Assembly: GCA_001804785.1 (NCBI GenBank)
Contig: MHBG01000010.1
Span: 1-39,940, forward strand
DNA from: Lentisphaerae bacterium GWF2_45_14
Lineage (GTDB): Bacteria; Verrucomicrobiota; Lentisphaeria; Victivallales; GWF2-45-14
Direction: 5' to 3'
DNA length: 39,940 nucleotides
Positions 1-9,297 of the stretch are shown one piece after another; position 1 is the first letter of the stretch; the number at the start of each line of letters is the position of its first letter. The notes under the pieces were generated by a model. It saw nothing but the letters and a program-made list of their open reading frames with translations. It did not search any database and was not told the DNA's origin. The translations under genes were made by a program, and so were the position numbers.

Positions 1-70
1 GTTTATCGTCAGATGAGGCTGATTTTTAGGTACAAAATGGGGAGCAGAGAGTATTTGCGAGGGAAAAGTA

Positions 71-160
71 TGGCGGAGAAGGTGGGATTCGAACCCACGG
101 TGCAGTTGCCCGCACACAGCATTTCCAATGCTGCGCCTTCGACCACTCGGCCACCTCTCC
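71..160 (-). tRNA. tRNA-Ser (anticodon GGA), about 90 nt with long variable arm and encoded CCA
   Basis: Reverse complement reads GGAGAGGTGGCCGAGTGGTCGAAGG...GGTTCGAATCCCACCTTCTCCGCCA. This gives a canonical acceptor/T-arm (GGTTCGAATCC), an anticodon stem CAGCA/TGCTG with loop TTGGAAA (anticodon GGA), and a long extra arm typical of Ser. Confidence 0.85.
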
Positions 161-334
161 ATGTCCTCAAAGTCTTAAGATAATGAAGACGAGGCTCTGA
201 ATATAGTTCTTCTTTTGTGATAAGCAAGGATTACAAGCATTGGCGAAGCAACTTTTTATTTTTTCCGTTCAATGGAATTTTGTATTTGAAAAACAAGGGT
301 TATATTAAAGTTTTGTTTTAATCTTCATCGTTAA

Positions 335-2872
335 ATGGTGTTTTACATGGCAGAAAATGTTGCGGTAAAGAATTCAGATAAGAAGGCGCGCACGGCAAAG
401 CCTCGGATGGTAGTTGGCGGATTCAGATTCAAGTATGTGTTTCTGAGTGTGATGATATTGCTTTTTATCTTGGCGTTGGTTTCGCACAGTCCGGAGGACA
501 TGGCAGTCATAGAGGGTGGTTCGGACGAGCTGGTCAGGAACTGGATAGGACCCGCGGGCGCGAATGTATCGAGGCTGATGTTTTATCTTTTTGGCGTCGC
601 GATATATCCGATAACGGCGATACTGGTGGTTTCGGCTGCAAGGCCGTTTCTATCTTTTCCGATAAACAGGCGGGGTTATATAGGGGCGTTGATTTCGTTG
701 TGCCTCGGGATTACGATATTTTTCGCGATATGGCCGACAGATTTTTGTTCGTACACGGAGAAGCTGGGGATAGGGGCGGCGGATGTTCCATGGTCGGCGC
801 TTTCCGGCGGGGTAATCGGCCAGCAGCTTGCGGCTCCTGGCTATGGAGACATAGAGCCCGGGCTTATCCGCAGGGTTATCGGGACGATTGGGACTTGTGT
901 TGTAGCGTCGGTATTGGTACTTACAGGGGCGATTTTTGTATTTCTGGCAGACTGGAAGAGTGTGGTATTTTCATTTTTCAGTTCCTTTGATTCCATAGCT
1001 GGGGAGGCTGGAGGGCTTTTGCGAAGGCGGCAGACCTCTGATGAAGAAGAGCTTGAAGATGCGGAAGAAAAGGTTGTTTCCGAGGCGAAGCCGTTGTCGC
1101 TTTTCGCGCGTACGAGAGAAACGAATGAAACGAAGGCCGCGGTGCTGCCGGAGAAGGAGATTAAGCCTGTTGCTGAAGTTGTTGAAGCTCCGCAGGAAAA
1201 GGCTGAGATTTTTCCGGACCCCAAAAAGGTTACGGCCCCTAAATTGACTGGAGATGAACCGTTGCTGCGTCCATTGTCGGGGAAGAAGAAGGATTCTTTG
1301 GACATGGGGCGGAGCAGTTTTCAGTTGAGCAGTGAATTTATACTTCCGCCTGTTACGATGCTTCAGAAGCAGGAAGACGCGAAGACTCAGAGCGCAGACT
1401 GGCTTGAGGAGTCGAAGAGAATACTTCAGAGGACGCTTGAGAGTTTCAAGGTTGAGGGGATGGTTACGAATTTTATTTCAGGGCCGCGCGTGACTCGTTT
1501 TGAAATATCGCTTGCGCCGGGCGTGAAGGTTGAGAAAGTTACGAGTATAGCGAACAATATAGCGATGGAGCTTGAGGCTAAAAGTATAAGAATCCTTGCG
1601 CCTATTCCCGGTAAGAACGCGATTGGGGTCGAGGTGCCTAACGCCGTGCCGTCAGGTGTTTCGCTAAGGTCAATGATGGAAACGCCGGAGTGGAAGGCGG
1701 CCAAAGCGGCAATTCCAATCGTGCTGGGGAAGGATGTCGGCGGCAAGCCTGTTGTCATGGATTTGTCAAGGGCACCGCATCTTCTTATTGCCGGGGCGAC
1801 CGGCAGCGGAAAGAGCGTGTGTATGAACACGCTTATAATGAGTCTGCTTTTTAAATTTTCGCCTGAAGATTTGAGGCTGATACTTGTCGATCCGAAGGTG
1901 GTTGAACTTGAGATGTACACGCCGTTGCCGCACCTGATAACTCCTGTGGTGAACGACCCGCAGAAGGTTCCTATAGCGTTGCGCTGGGCCGTTAACGAGA
2001 TGGAAAAGCGTTACAGGATACTGGCGAAGGTGAAGACAAAAAATCTTGAGGGCTTCAACAAGAGACCGATTCCGTCCGAACCCGTACTGGACGATGCAGG
2101 CAATGAGATACCCGCAAAAATGCCTATACTCGTTATAATAGTGGACGAACTTGCGGACGTTATGATGACGGAGGCCAAGGGCGACGTTGAAACGTCGATT
2201 GCCAGGATTGCGCAGAAGGGCCGTGCGTCCGGCATTCATATAGTCATAGCCACGCAGAGGCCCTCCACAAACATCATTACCGGCGTGATCAAGGCTAATC
2301 TGCCTTCACGAATCGCTTTTCAGGTAGGCTCGATAGTTGACAGCCGCGTTATTCTCGACCAGAAGGGAGCAGAGTCCCTGCTCGGACGCGGCGATATGTT
2401 GTTCGTTCCCCCCGGCGGAGCGGTGCTTGAGCGTATTCAGGGAGCGATGGTTGAAGACTCCGATATCCAAAAAGTGGTTGAATTCGTTGCCGGTCAGGCA
2501 GAGCAGAATTTCGATGACAAGGTTATTTCCGGCGATGAATCTGAGCTTTCCGGCGATGATGGCGAGATGCCGGAAGGCGATGATGATGATTTTGACGAGA
2601 GTTCCCTCAGTGAGGGACTTGATCCGCTCATAAGGGAAATGGTCGCGAAATATTCGGAACCCTCCGACGATGAGAACATAATCAAGTCGCTTGAAATCCT
2701 CTTCAGGGAGAGAAAGATAAGCACAAGCTACATTCAGCGCAGACTCGGCATAGGGTATAACAAGGCGGCCGAGATAATGGATATCTTCGAAAAGAGGAAT
2801 CTTGTGAGTCCGCCGCTGGCAGGTGGATCAAAAAGAAATATTCTTGTCTTTGACGAGATAGAAAATAATTAA
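335..2872 (+). CDS. ftsK: DNA translocase FtsK. It has N-terminal membrane segments, an acidic/Pro-rich linker, an AAA+ motor with Walker A GATGSGKS, and a C-terminal gamma winged-helix (YIQRRLGIGYNKAAEIMD).
   Basis: 845-aa ORF with Walker A, DEL(A)D Walker B and the FtsK gamma domain signature at the C-terminus. The start may be the ATG at 350 (MAENV). Confidence 0.95.
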   Translation: MVFYMAENVAVKNSDKKARTAKPRMVVGGFRFKYVFLSVMILLFILALVSHSPEDMAVIEGGSDELVRNWIGPAGANVSRLMFYLFGVAIYPITAILVVSAARPFLSFPINRRGYIGALISLCLGITIFFAIWPTDFCSYTEKLGIGAADVPWSALSGGVIGQQLAAPGYGDIEPGLIRRVIGTIGTCVVASVLVLTGAIFVFLADWKSVVFSFFSSFDSIAGEAGGLLRRRQTSDEEELEDAEEKVVSEAKPLSLFARTRETNETKAAVLPEKEIKPVAEVVEAPQEKAEIFPDPKKVTAPKLTGDEPLLRPLSGKKKDSLDMGRSSFQLSSEFILPPVTMLQKQEDAKTQSADWLEESKRILQRTLESFKVEGMVTNFISGPRVTRFEISLAPGVKVEKVTSIANNIAMELEAKSIRILAPIPGKNAIGVEVPNAVPSGVSLRSMMETPEWKAAKAAIPIVLGKDVGGKPVVMDLSRAPHLLIAGATGSGKSVCMNTLIMSLLFKFSPEDLRLILVDPKVVELEMYTPLPHLITPVVNDPQKVPIALRWAVNEMEKRYRILAKVKTKNLEGFNKRPIPSEPVLDDAGNEIPAKMPILVIIVDELADVMMTEAKGDVETSIARIAQKGRASGIHIVIATQRPSTNIITGVIKANLPSRIAFQVGSIVDSRVILDQKGAESLLGRGDMLFVPPGGAVLERIQGAMVEDSDIQKVVEFVAGQAEQNFDDKVISGDESELSGDDGEMPEGDDDDFDESSLSEGLDPLIREMVAKYSEPSDDENIIKSLEILFRERKISTSYIQRRLGIGYNKAAEIMDIFEKRNLVSPPLAGGSKRNILVFDEIENN

Positions 2873-2894
2873 TAGTGGTGTATTTTAGCGTATT

Positions 2895-3956
2895 ATGACA
2901 GATAAAGACAACAATTTGAGTGCGGGGCCGGAAGCAGGGGGTGGGCATGAGTTCCTTCCTCTCGACTTTTCCATGAATGAAAAGCGTTCTGGCGATAAGC
3001 GGGTTGCCGCCGAAAAAATGCCGCTGCCCGAAAGTGACGAGCATCTTCAGTCCGGGCCTGCATCCACGCAGTCTGCCGTAAAGTTGCCTTTATATGACGC
3101 AGTCAGAAATACCGCGGCGCCTCAGGAGGAAATGCCTTCTGTTCCAGAAAATGCCAAATCGCTGAATGAAGTTTTCCCTGAAGATAAAGATGATTCAACT
3201 ATATTTCCGACAACTCATTCGTCCCTGAATTCAGACACGGAAATAGCCGAGTTAAAGAAAAAATTTGAGGATGAGCCGCCATCTGCGCCACGGACGGCGC
3301 CCAAAAGTCCCGCCATGCTGAGGCGTGGATTTCCGCCGGTGCCACCGAAGCCGAAAGCGCCTTCCGTGAAGCTTGTCCAGCCCAAGACGCCGGTGCTTCT
3401 CACAGGAAGTATTTCGCCTGAAAACGCCAGTCCGGGACAGATTCTCCAGGAAGTAAGGGTCAGAAGCGGCTTGAGTCTTGCTCAAGTCGAACAGATCACC
3501 AAAATAAAGGCGGACTACGTATCATCTCTGGAACGCGATGATTACAAATCGCTTCCGCCCCCGGTTTATGCAAATGCCTACGTGAAAAATCTCTGCTCTC
3601 TCTATAATATAAGTCCAGAGGATACGGAATTGATCCTGAAAAACATCAAGAGGGATTCAAGCCAAGTGGTTTCTGAAGAGATAATCCAGCACATAGAGGA
3701 GGAGATGCAGGTAAATCCCGAAGAGGAGCGCAAGGTGAAGCGTTTGATATTTGCGTTTATCGCGATTGTCATTATTTTTGTGAGCTCACTGGTTCTGCTA
3801 GGGGTTAAATTATATAATTCTTATAAACGCGGAGGTCTTGCCGCTTCATCTGTTGAACAGGCTACTGTGTTTGACGAGAAGGAACTTGAAAAACTTATTG
3901 TTCCCCAAACTTTTAGCATAGACGAGCTTCCCGCTCCCAAAGAGCGCGGAAGATAA
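2895..3956 (+). CDS. RodZ-like XRE-type HTH membrane protein. It has a long Pro-rich disordered N-terminus, an HTH_25-like segment, one TM helix and a short C-terminal extracytoplasmic part.
   Basis: The segment ILQEVRVRSGLSLAQVEQITKIKADYVSSLERDDYKSLPPPVYANAYVKNLCSLY matches the RodZ/HTH_25 pattern (ExxRLxQVSxxxkIxxxxlxALExDdfxxLPgxxfxRGyxrxYA). It is followed by the hydrophobic stretch LIFAFIAIVIIFVSSLVLLGV. Confidence 0.55.
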   Translation: MTDKDNNLSAGPEAGGGHEFLPLDFSMNEKRSGDKRVAAEKMPLPESDEHLQSGPASTQSAVKLPLYDAVRNTAAPQEEMPSVPENAKSLNEVFPEDKDDSTIFPTTHSSLNSDTEIAELKKKFEDEPPSAPRTAPKSPAMLRRGFPPVPPKPKAPSVKLVQPKTPVLLTGSISPENASPGQILQEVRVRSGLSLAQVEQITKIKADYVSSLERDDYKSLPPPVYANAYVKNLCSLYNISPEDTELILKNIKRDSSQVVSEEIIQHIEEEMQVNPEEERKVKRLIFAFIAIVIIFVSSLVLLGVKLYNSYKRGGLAASSVEQATVFDEKELEKLIVPQTFSIDELPAPKERGR

Positions 3957-4011
3957 CGGATTATTCAGGACAATTGAAAACCTTCTTACCCGGTGTTATA
4001 TTAGCGGACTT

Positions 4012-4491
4012 ATGAAAATATTATTTATCAACGGGCCCAATTTACAGTTGTTAGGTCAGCGTGAGCCGGAGCTTTACGGCGGCTTGACACTGGATGGTCT
4101 CGAAAAGAACCTAGGGGAAATAGCAGACTCATTAGGGGTCGAGGCGTTGTTTTTCCAAAGCAATAGCGAAGGGGCGATTGTTGACAGGATCGGGCAGACG
4201 CTTAAAGACGGCGTTGCCGGAATCGTCATCAATCCGGCCGCTTACACGCACACGAGTGTTGCTCTTAGGGATGCTCTCGCGGCGGTAAAGGTTCCGGCCA
4301 TCGAAGTACACATCAGTAACGTTCATGCACGGGAGCAGTTTAGGCATCTTTCTCTTACCGCTCCTGTCTGTCTAGGGCAGATATGCGGACTGGGTACGGA
4401 TGGGTACGAGTGGGCGTTGAGGGCAATGGCCAAATATCTCAAAGAAAAAATCCAAGAAAAACAGAGGGACGGAGAAAAGAATGAAAATTGA
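4012..4491 (+). CDS. aroQ: 3-dehydroquinate dehydratase, type II
   Basis: Classic AroQ N-terminus [29 protein letters not shown] and the motif [18 protein letters not shown]...[19 protein letters not shown] conserved aroQ-accB-accC arrangement follows. Confidence 0.9.
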   Translation: MKILFINGPNLQLLGQREPELYGGLTLDGLEKNLGEIADSLGVEALFFQSNSEGAIVDRIGQTLKDGVAGIVINPAAYTHTSVALRDALAAVKVPAIEVHISNVHAREQFRHLSLTAPVCLGQICGLGTDGYEWALRAMAKYLKEKIQEKQRDGEKNEN

Positions 4492-4933
4492 CGAGATCAA
4501 GACTATTGTGAAACTGATGTCTGAGCACGATCTTACGGAGTTCAAGATTGAGGCGGAAGAGATGCGTCTTTGCATTAAGAGAGGCGCCACCGAAGGCGTT
4601 TCCGTAATTGCCGCGCCTCAGGTGGTTCATTCTTCCATTCCCGCGGCCCCTGCCGTCTCTGCCCCTGCGACAGTCGAGTCGACGAAAAGCGCGGTCGCCG
4701 TAAATACAATAGATGCCCCGATTGTTGGAACTTTTTACCGCTCGCCTTCTCCCGATACGCCTTCGTTCGTTAAACCCGGCGATAAGGTGCAGCCCGATTC
4801 AGTAGTCTGCATAATCGAGGCAATGAAGGTGATGAACGAAATCAAGGCAGAAAAGAGCGGGGTGATAAAGGAAATTCTCGTAGAGAACTCCTCTCCCGTC
4901 GAATACGGCCAGCCGCTTTTTGTCATAGAATAA
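4481..4933 (+). CDS. accB: Acetyl-CoA carboxylase biotin carboxyl carrier protein
   Basis: Ala/Pro-rich linker followed by a biotinyl domain with the EAMKVMNEI biotin-attachment motif. GGAG RBS upstream; the start overlaps the aroQ stop. Confidence 0.9.
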   Translation: MKIDEIKTIVKLMSEHDLTEFKIEAEEMRLCIKRGATEGVSVIAAPQVVHSSIPAAPAVSAPATVESTKSAVAVNTIDAPIVGTFYRSPSPDTPSFVKPGDKVQPDSVVCIIEAMKVMNEIKAEKSGVIKEILVENSSPVEYGQPLFVIE

Positions 4934-4957
4934 CAGGATGAGACGGGGTTTACATAC

Positions 4958-6328
4958 ATGTTTGATAAAATACTTATAGCCAACCGCGGAGAAATCGCAC
5001 TCAGGATAATAAGGGCATGCCGTGAACTCGGCATCCAAAGCGTACTGGTTTATTCAAAGGCGGACGCCGAAAGTTTGCCGGTAAAGCTTGCCGATCAGGC
5101 AGTTTGCATAGGCCCCGCCGCAGCCCATGAGAGTTATTTGCTCATAGAAAGAATAATCAGCGTTGCCGAAATATGCGATGTGGACGCAATCCACCCTGGG
5201 TATGGATTTCTGGCCGAGAACGAACATTTCGCAGAAGTCTGCAAAAGTTGCAACATAATATTTATCGGGCCAACCCCCGAACAAATGAGGGCCATGGGCA
5301 ATAAGTCAATTGCCCGCGAAACGATGAAAAAGGCAGGGGTTCCCATAACCCCAGGTAGCGAAGGTATTATAAACAGCGAAAACGAGGCCACAAAAATGGC
5401 TCGAAAACTCGGTTACCCCGTGATAATAAAAGCTTCTGCTGGCGGAGGCGGAAGAGGTATGCGGGTGGCCCACAACGATGCAAGCCTGGTGCAGGGCTTT
5501 CATGCCGCAAAGACGGAGGCGGAAAGAGCGTTTGGTAATGGCGATGTATATATAGAAAAATATATAACGAACCCGCGTCATATAGAATTCCAGATACTTG
5601 CCGACTCTCATGGAAACATTGTCCACCTTGGCGAGAGGGATTGCAGTATCCAGAGGCGCCACCAGAAACTTATAGAGGAATCTCCCTCTCCCGCGCTTTC
5701 AAGCCAGCTTAGGAAAAAGATGGGTCTTGCCGCGGTAAGAGCCGCCAAGGCAGTAAATTACATTAACGCCGGCACCATCGAATTCCTGCTTGGGAACAAG
5801 GATGAGTTCTATTTTATGGAAATGAATACACGTATACAGGTAGAACACCCTGTTACTGAAATGATTACGGGCATAGATCTCATCAAGCAGCAGATAAAAA
5901 TTGCTACCGGTGAAAAGCTTGCTTTCGGTCAGAAAGACGTACAGTTCAAGGGACATGCGATAGAATGCCGCATAAATGCGGAAGATCCACACAGAAACTT
6001 TGCTCCGTCCCCTGGCAAGGTAAGCCTTTTCATTCCGCCGGGCGGAAGGAATGTGAGGGTCGATACTCATGTTTACAGCGGGTATTCTATCCCGCCGAAT
6101 TACGACAGCATGATAGCCAAGGTGATAGCCTACGGGAATAACCGCAAGGACGCCATCGACGTTTGCAAGCGCGCTCTCGAAGAGACTATTATAGAAGGTG
6201 TTAAGACAACTATCCCCTTCACTCAGTTTGTCATAAATTCAAAAGAATTCATGGCCGGCAAATATGATACCGGTTATATCGAAAAAGTTATCAATGAAGG
6301 TCATTTTCAAAGCGTGGAGAAAAAATGA
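4958..6328 (+). CDS. accC: Acetyl-CoA carboxylase biotin carboxylase subunit
   Basis: [27 protein letters not shown]-terminus, an ATP-grasp domain and the [14 protein letters not shown] motif. Confidence 0.95.
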   Translation: MFDKILIANRGEIALRIIRACRELGIQSVLVYSKADAESLPVKLADQAVCIGPAAAHESYLLIERIISVAEICDVDAIHPGYGFLAENEHFAEVCKSCNIIFIGPTPEQMRAMGNKSIARETMKKAGVPITPGSEGIINSENEATKMARKLGYPVIIKASAGGGGRGMRVAHNDASLVQGFHAAKTEAERAFGNGDVYIEKYITNPRHIEFQILADSHGNIVHLGERDCSIQRRHQKLIEESPSPALSSQLRKKMGLAAVRAAKAVNYINAGTIEFLLGNKDEFYFMEMNTRIQVEHPVTEMITGIDLIKQQIKIATGEKLAFGQKDVQFKGHAIECRINAEDPHRNFAPSPGKVSLFIPPGGRNVRVDTHVYSGYSIPPNYDSMIAKVIAYGNNRKDAIDVCKRALEETIIEGVKTTIPFTQFVINSKEFMAGKYDTGYIEKVINEGHFQSVEKK

Positions 6329-6795
6329 AAGCTAAAGGCAAGATAAGGCATCCCATTTACCAGCAGGAGATTCCGTTGGAAGAACCTCCTGATCAGGGAG
6401 TAGTTAAAATACATGAAAATGTCATATCCGCCATAGTGAGAAAGGCTACATGTTCTGTTGAGGGGGTTGTGCGCCTTGCCGGTAGCACATTCCTTGATAA
6501 TATCGCGGAAATTGTAGGAAGCAGAAGGATTCATGATCGTGCGATAACAACGGATATCGAGGGGGGCGAGGTCTCGATACAGGTCAAAATAAATATAATG
6601 TATGGAATGAGTGTGCCTGCACTTGCCTCACGTGTGCAGACCGCGGTAATAGAGGCGGTAGAAGAGATGACAGGCATGAAGGTCACCCGCGTCGATGTCT
6701 TTATACAGGAAGTGGAGACGGATTCCGAAGGAGATGAAAGTGAGGACGAGGCTCCGAATGAGGAAGACCTTCGTGATAAACTAGACTCAAATTAA
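6325..6795 (+). CDS. Asp23/Gls24-family (alkaline shock protein) envelope-stress protein with an acidic C-terminal tail
   Basis: 156 aa. The [50 protein letters not shown] pattern is typical of DUF322/Asp23. Translationally coupled to accC (ATGA overlap). Confidence 0.8.
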   Translation: MKAKGKIRHPIYQQEIPLEEPPDQGVVKIHENVISAIVRKATCSVEGVVRLAGSTFLDNIAEIVGSRRIHDRAITTDIEGGEVSIQVKINIMYGMSVPALASRVQTAVIEAVEEMTGMKVTRVDVFIQEVETDSEGDESEDEAPNEEDLRDKLDSN

Positions 6796-6804
6796 GGTGG
6801 TGGA

Positions 6805-7269
6805 ATGATAAAGCAGCTTATAGACCGAATAATCGATTTCAACGACCCTGAAATGTTCAATTTCCAGACGGGTTATCTCGCGGGCCTTTCAGTAGCTCTC
6901 GCGATAATTATGATATTTCTCTTTGTTAAAATATTTTTCATGATATTCTTTCACCATCCGCGGCGTGCCAAGGGCATTACCATCCCCGACGAGAAAGGGG
7001 ATATTTTTGTCAGCAGTAGAGCTATTCTCAGCATGATTTCCTCGCTTGAGGGGAACTTTCCGTCTGTAAGCTTCGAAAAAATAAAGATTTTTCACGGACG
7101 AAAAGGTTATATTGTCATAATCAATATGGTACTTTCCGCCTCCGGTATGGGACTTCCGGAATTGAACCGCCAGATAAAGGAACGGGTTTTTTCTAAATTC
7201 AAGGAGTCGCTGGGGATTACATCAGTCGAAGAAGTCAGGATCAACGTATCCGACACCGCGTCCAATTAA
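6805..7269 (+). CDS. Small membrane protein, possibly an AmaP-like membrane anchor partner of Asp23
   Basis: 154 aa with an N-terminal TM helix (LAGLSVALAIIMIFLFVKIFFMIFF) followed by a soluble domain loosely resembling the Asp23 fold. It sits immediately downstream of asp23, as Asp23-anchoring proteins do in Firmicutes. Weak. Confidence 0.4.
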   Translation: MIKQLIDRIIDFNDPEMFNFQTGYLAGLSVALAIIMIFLFVKIFFMIFFHHPRRAKGITIPDEKGDIFVSSRAILSMISSLEGNFPSVSFEKIKIFHGRKGYIVIINMVLSASGMGLPELNRQIKERVFSKFKESLGITSVEEVRINVSDTASN

Positions 7270-7282
7270 TTCCCGGACCGAT

Positions 7283-7864
7283 ATGCGTCTTATTCTTGCT
7301 TCGGTCTCGCCTAGGCGAAAAGAACTTCTGAAAAAAGCAGGTTTTGCCTTCGAAACATTCGCCCCTGACACGGATGAAATTTCCGAGGGGCTTTATTTTG
7401 AAAAAGTCGCGCTTTTTAATGCTATCAGAAAAGCCGAATTTGTTGCCGGTCTTTTCCCTGATGCCATGGTCATAGGAGCAGATACCGTGATTGAAAGCGA
7501 AGGCCGGATTCTTGGCAAACCGTGTTCTCTTTCGAATGCAGCCGACATGCTTTCGTCCCTTTCCGGAAAAGCTCACAGAGTAGTCAGTGCGGTTTGCGTC
7601 AGAAATATCGAAAAATCAATATCTTGTGTATTTGCAGAGCTCTCTACGGTATATCTCCGGGATTTCGGTGCCGATACCATAGATCGCTATTTGAGATTGG
7701 TGAACGTTTTGGACAAAGCTGGCGCCTACGCTGTTCAGGAATACGGAGATATGCTTGTCGAGAAACTAGACGGGTCTGTTGAAAATGTTATCGGGCTTCC
7801 CACTGCCAGGCTTACCGAATCTCTGAATCATCTTCTTTCAGCTGTTGAACATCAAGTGACTTGA
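7283..7864 (+). CDS. maf: Maf-like nucleoside triphosphate pyrophosphatase (septum formation protein Maf)
   Basis: MRLILASVSPRRKELLKKAGFAFETFAPDTDE N-terminus, GADTVI and VIGLP motifs. The 3' end overlaps the convergent response-regulator gene by about 53 nt. Confidence 0.9.
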   Translation: MRLILASVSPRRKELLKKAGFAFETFAPDTDEISEGLYFEKVALFNAIRKAEFVAGLFPDAMVIGADTVIESEGRILGKPCSLSNAADMLSSLSGKAHRVVSAVCVRNIEKSISCVFAELSTVYLRDFGADTIDRYLRLVNVLDKAGAYAVQEYGDMLVEKLDGSVENVIGLPTARLTESLNHLLSAVEHQVT

Positions 7865-9044
7865 TCATGGACTCAGCTGAACGTATAATATCTTCAGCCA
7901 AAGCCGATTCCGATTTTTCTCCAAGAGCTCCTCTTATCGTGTTTGCGCAGGCTATTATTTTATTCAGTTGAATCCTGACGCTTTCCGCCGCGGATGCGAC
8001 TGTTTTTCCTTCGTTTCGGTCATGCGTCTTGTTTTCCGGCTGTGAGTGAATGCCGGAAAGGACTTCTCCGGCGGTCATACCCAACAGAATGAGCAGGTTA
8101 TACCATTCAGGATCATTCTGCGCCACTATGTCTGACAATATTGCCGCGGCGAAAAAATTTTCGCGTCTGAGCGGGAGAATATATTTATTCCCAATATTTT
8201 GAGTGGCTCGGCATTCCAGAAGGCTTCTGCTGTTTTCCTGAACAAATTTTTCCGCTTCTTCATTCGATATTTCGATACACTGCTTTATCTCCCATCGGGT
8301 CAGATTATCGTTCCATACGGCCATAAAGGCGTTCTTCGATTCTGTAAATGCCTGAATTGCTTTAAGCATAGAGAGATAGACATTTTTTTCCCCGGAAGAC
8401 GCCGCCGTTTTAAGCCTGCTCATACTTTTGATTATAGACTCAAGCCATGACTTACGCTTACGCTCAGTGGCTTCGGCATTCCACTTCGACGTAAGGCAGA
8501 AGGCCGCCTGTGATATTTCGTCGGCATGGAACGGCTTCTTTATGTAAAGCAGTTTTTCGGGGCGGGGGATGGCTTCCGAGATTGCTTTTTGGTCATGGTC
8601 GGCATATGCGGTCATAACTATGATTTCGACATCCTGATCTATTTCTCGGATTTTTTTCGCGGTTTCGAGTCCGTCCGGGCCGGGCGGCATTCTTATGTCA
8701 ATGAATGCCAGGGCGAAAGGTTTTCCAGCCGCGATGGACTCCTGGGTCATTTTGAGGGCCTCTTCCCCGTTGCCTGCCGTATAGACTTCATAGGAATCCT
8801 CTGAATTCTCATCTTCCCCTGAGGGGGAGGGACTGTTTATTTTCCCGCTCAGGCGCTCACGTATTTTCTGAACGAAGAGTGAAATTTCGTTTTTCCGGGT
8901 TGTCCTGAGCAAAAGCTTGGCAAGATGCTCTCTAAGGTCACGCTCATCATCAGCAATTAGAATTCGTTTATTAAGCAGCATTTCAAACTCCGGGGGGTTC
9001 TTTTCCTGTATTTGGAACTTAGTTCCTGGTGCTCTGCTAATCAA
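7812..9044 (-). CDS. Orphan response regulator: a REC domain with a 35-40 aa insertion after beta1, plus a 200-aa C-terminal domain of unknown function
   Basis: ILIADDE ... YEVYTAGNGEEALKM ... FALAFIDIRMPPGPDGLETAKKIREIDQDVEIIVMTAYAD ... LYIKKPF is a CheY-like receiver. The C-terminal about 200 aa show no motif I recognise (no HTH, HD, GGDEF or EAL signatures visible). Confidence 0.7.
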   Translation of the reverse strand: MISRAPGTKFQIQEKNPPEFEMLLNKRILIADDERDLREHLAKLLLRTTRKNEISLFVQKIRERLSGKINSPSPSGEDENSEDSYEVYTAGNGEEALKMTQESIAAGKPFALAFIDIRMPPGPDGLETAKKIREIDQDVEIIVMTAYADHDQKAISEAIPRPEKLLYIKKPFHADEISQAAFCLTSKWNAEATERKRKSWLESIIKSMSRLKTAASSGEKNVYLSMLKAIQAFTESKNAFMAVWNDNLTRWEIKQCIEISNEEAEKFVQENSRSLLECRATQNIGNKYILPLRRENFFAAAILSDIVAQNDPEWYNLLILLGMTAGEVLSGIHSQPENKTHDRNEGKTVASAAESVRIQLNKIIACANTIRGALGEKSESALAEDIIRSAESMIKSLDVQQLKEDDSEIR

Positions 9045-9140
9045 GCGTCCTCGCCGATTTAAGCTCAGAAAAATCGTGCCAGAAAAAATGGGATTTAAAA
9101 TTTTTATTCATAAGTTATTCAAAATACGTAAATTAGAGAA

Positions 9141-9196
9141 ATACACAATATATTGTTATAATTTTATTTGCCATCTACCATATTGTGTATTATTAT
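9141..9196 (+). promoter_or_regulatory. Putative nrdD promoter (TTGCCA-17-TATTAT) overlapped by two NrdR-box-like half-palindromes (ACACAATAT ... ATATTGTGT) about 30 bp apart. A second TATAAT sits at 9157-9162.
   Basis: Box 1 at 9143-9158 (ACACAATATATTGTTA) matches 14/16 of the NrdR consensus acaCwAtATaTwGtgt. Box 2 at 9173-9188 has a perfect right half (ATATTGTGT) and lies in the spacer between -35 TTGCCA (9168-9173) and -10 TATTAT (9191-9196). ATACACAATAT at 9141-9151 is the exact inverted repeat of 9180-9190. Confidence 0.4.
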
Positions 9197-9297
9197 AGGT
9201 CATTCGATAAGCTTTCCGGGCTTGGATATTTGAGGACCGGGAAGTTGGGGGACCAATAGATTCAATTTGTTTTTTCGAAGAGGAGGAAAGTCGTATT

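Noticed and set aside
1-70. Possible second tRNA or integration scar next to tRNA-Ser
   Set aside because: No cloverleaf can be drawn in either orientation, and there is no integrase or direct repeat of the tRNA 3' end nearby in the window.
1041-1247. Arg-rich 68-aa ORF
   Set aside because: An alternative frame of the acidic Glu/Lys-rich ftsK linker (GAA/AAG repeats read as Arg/Lys); spurious.
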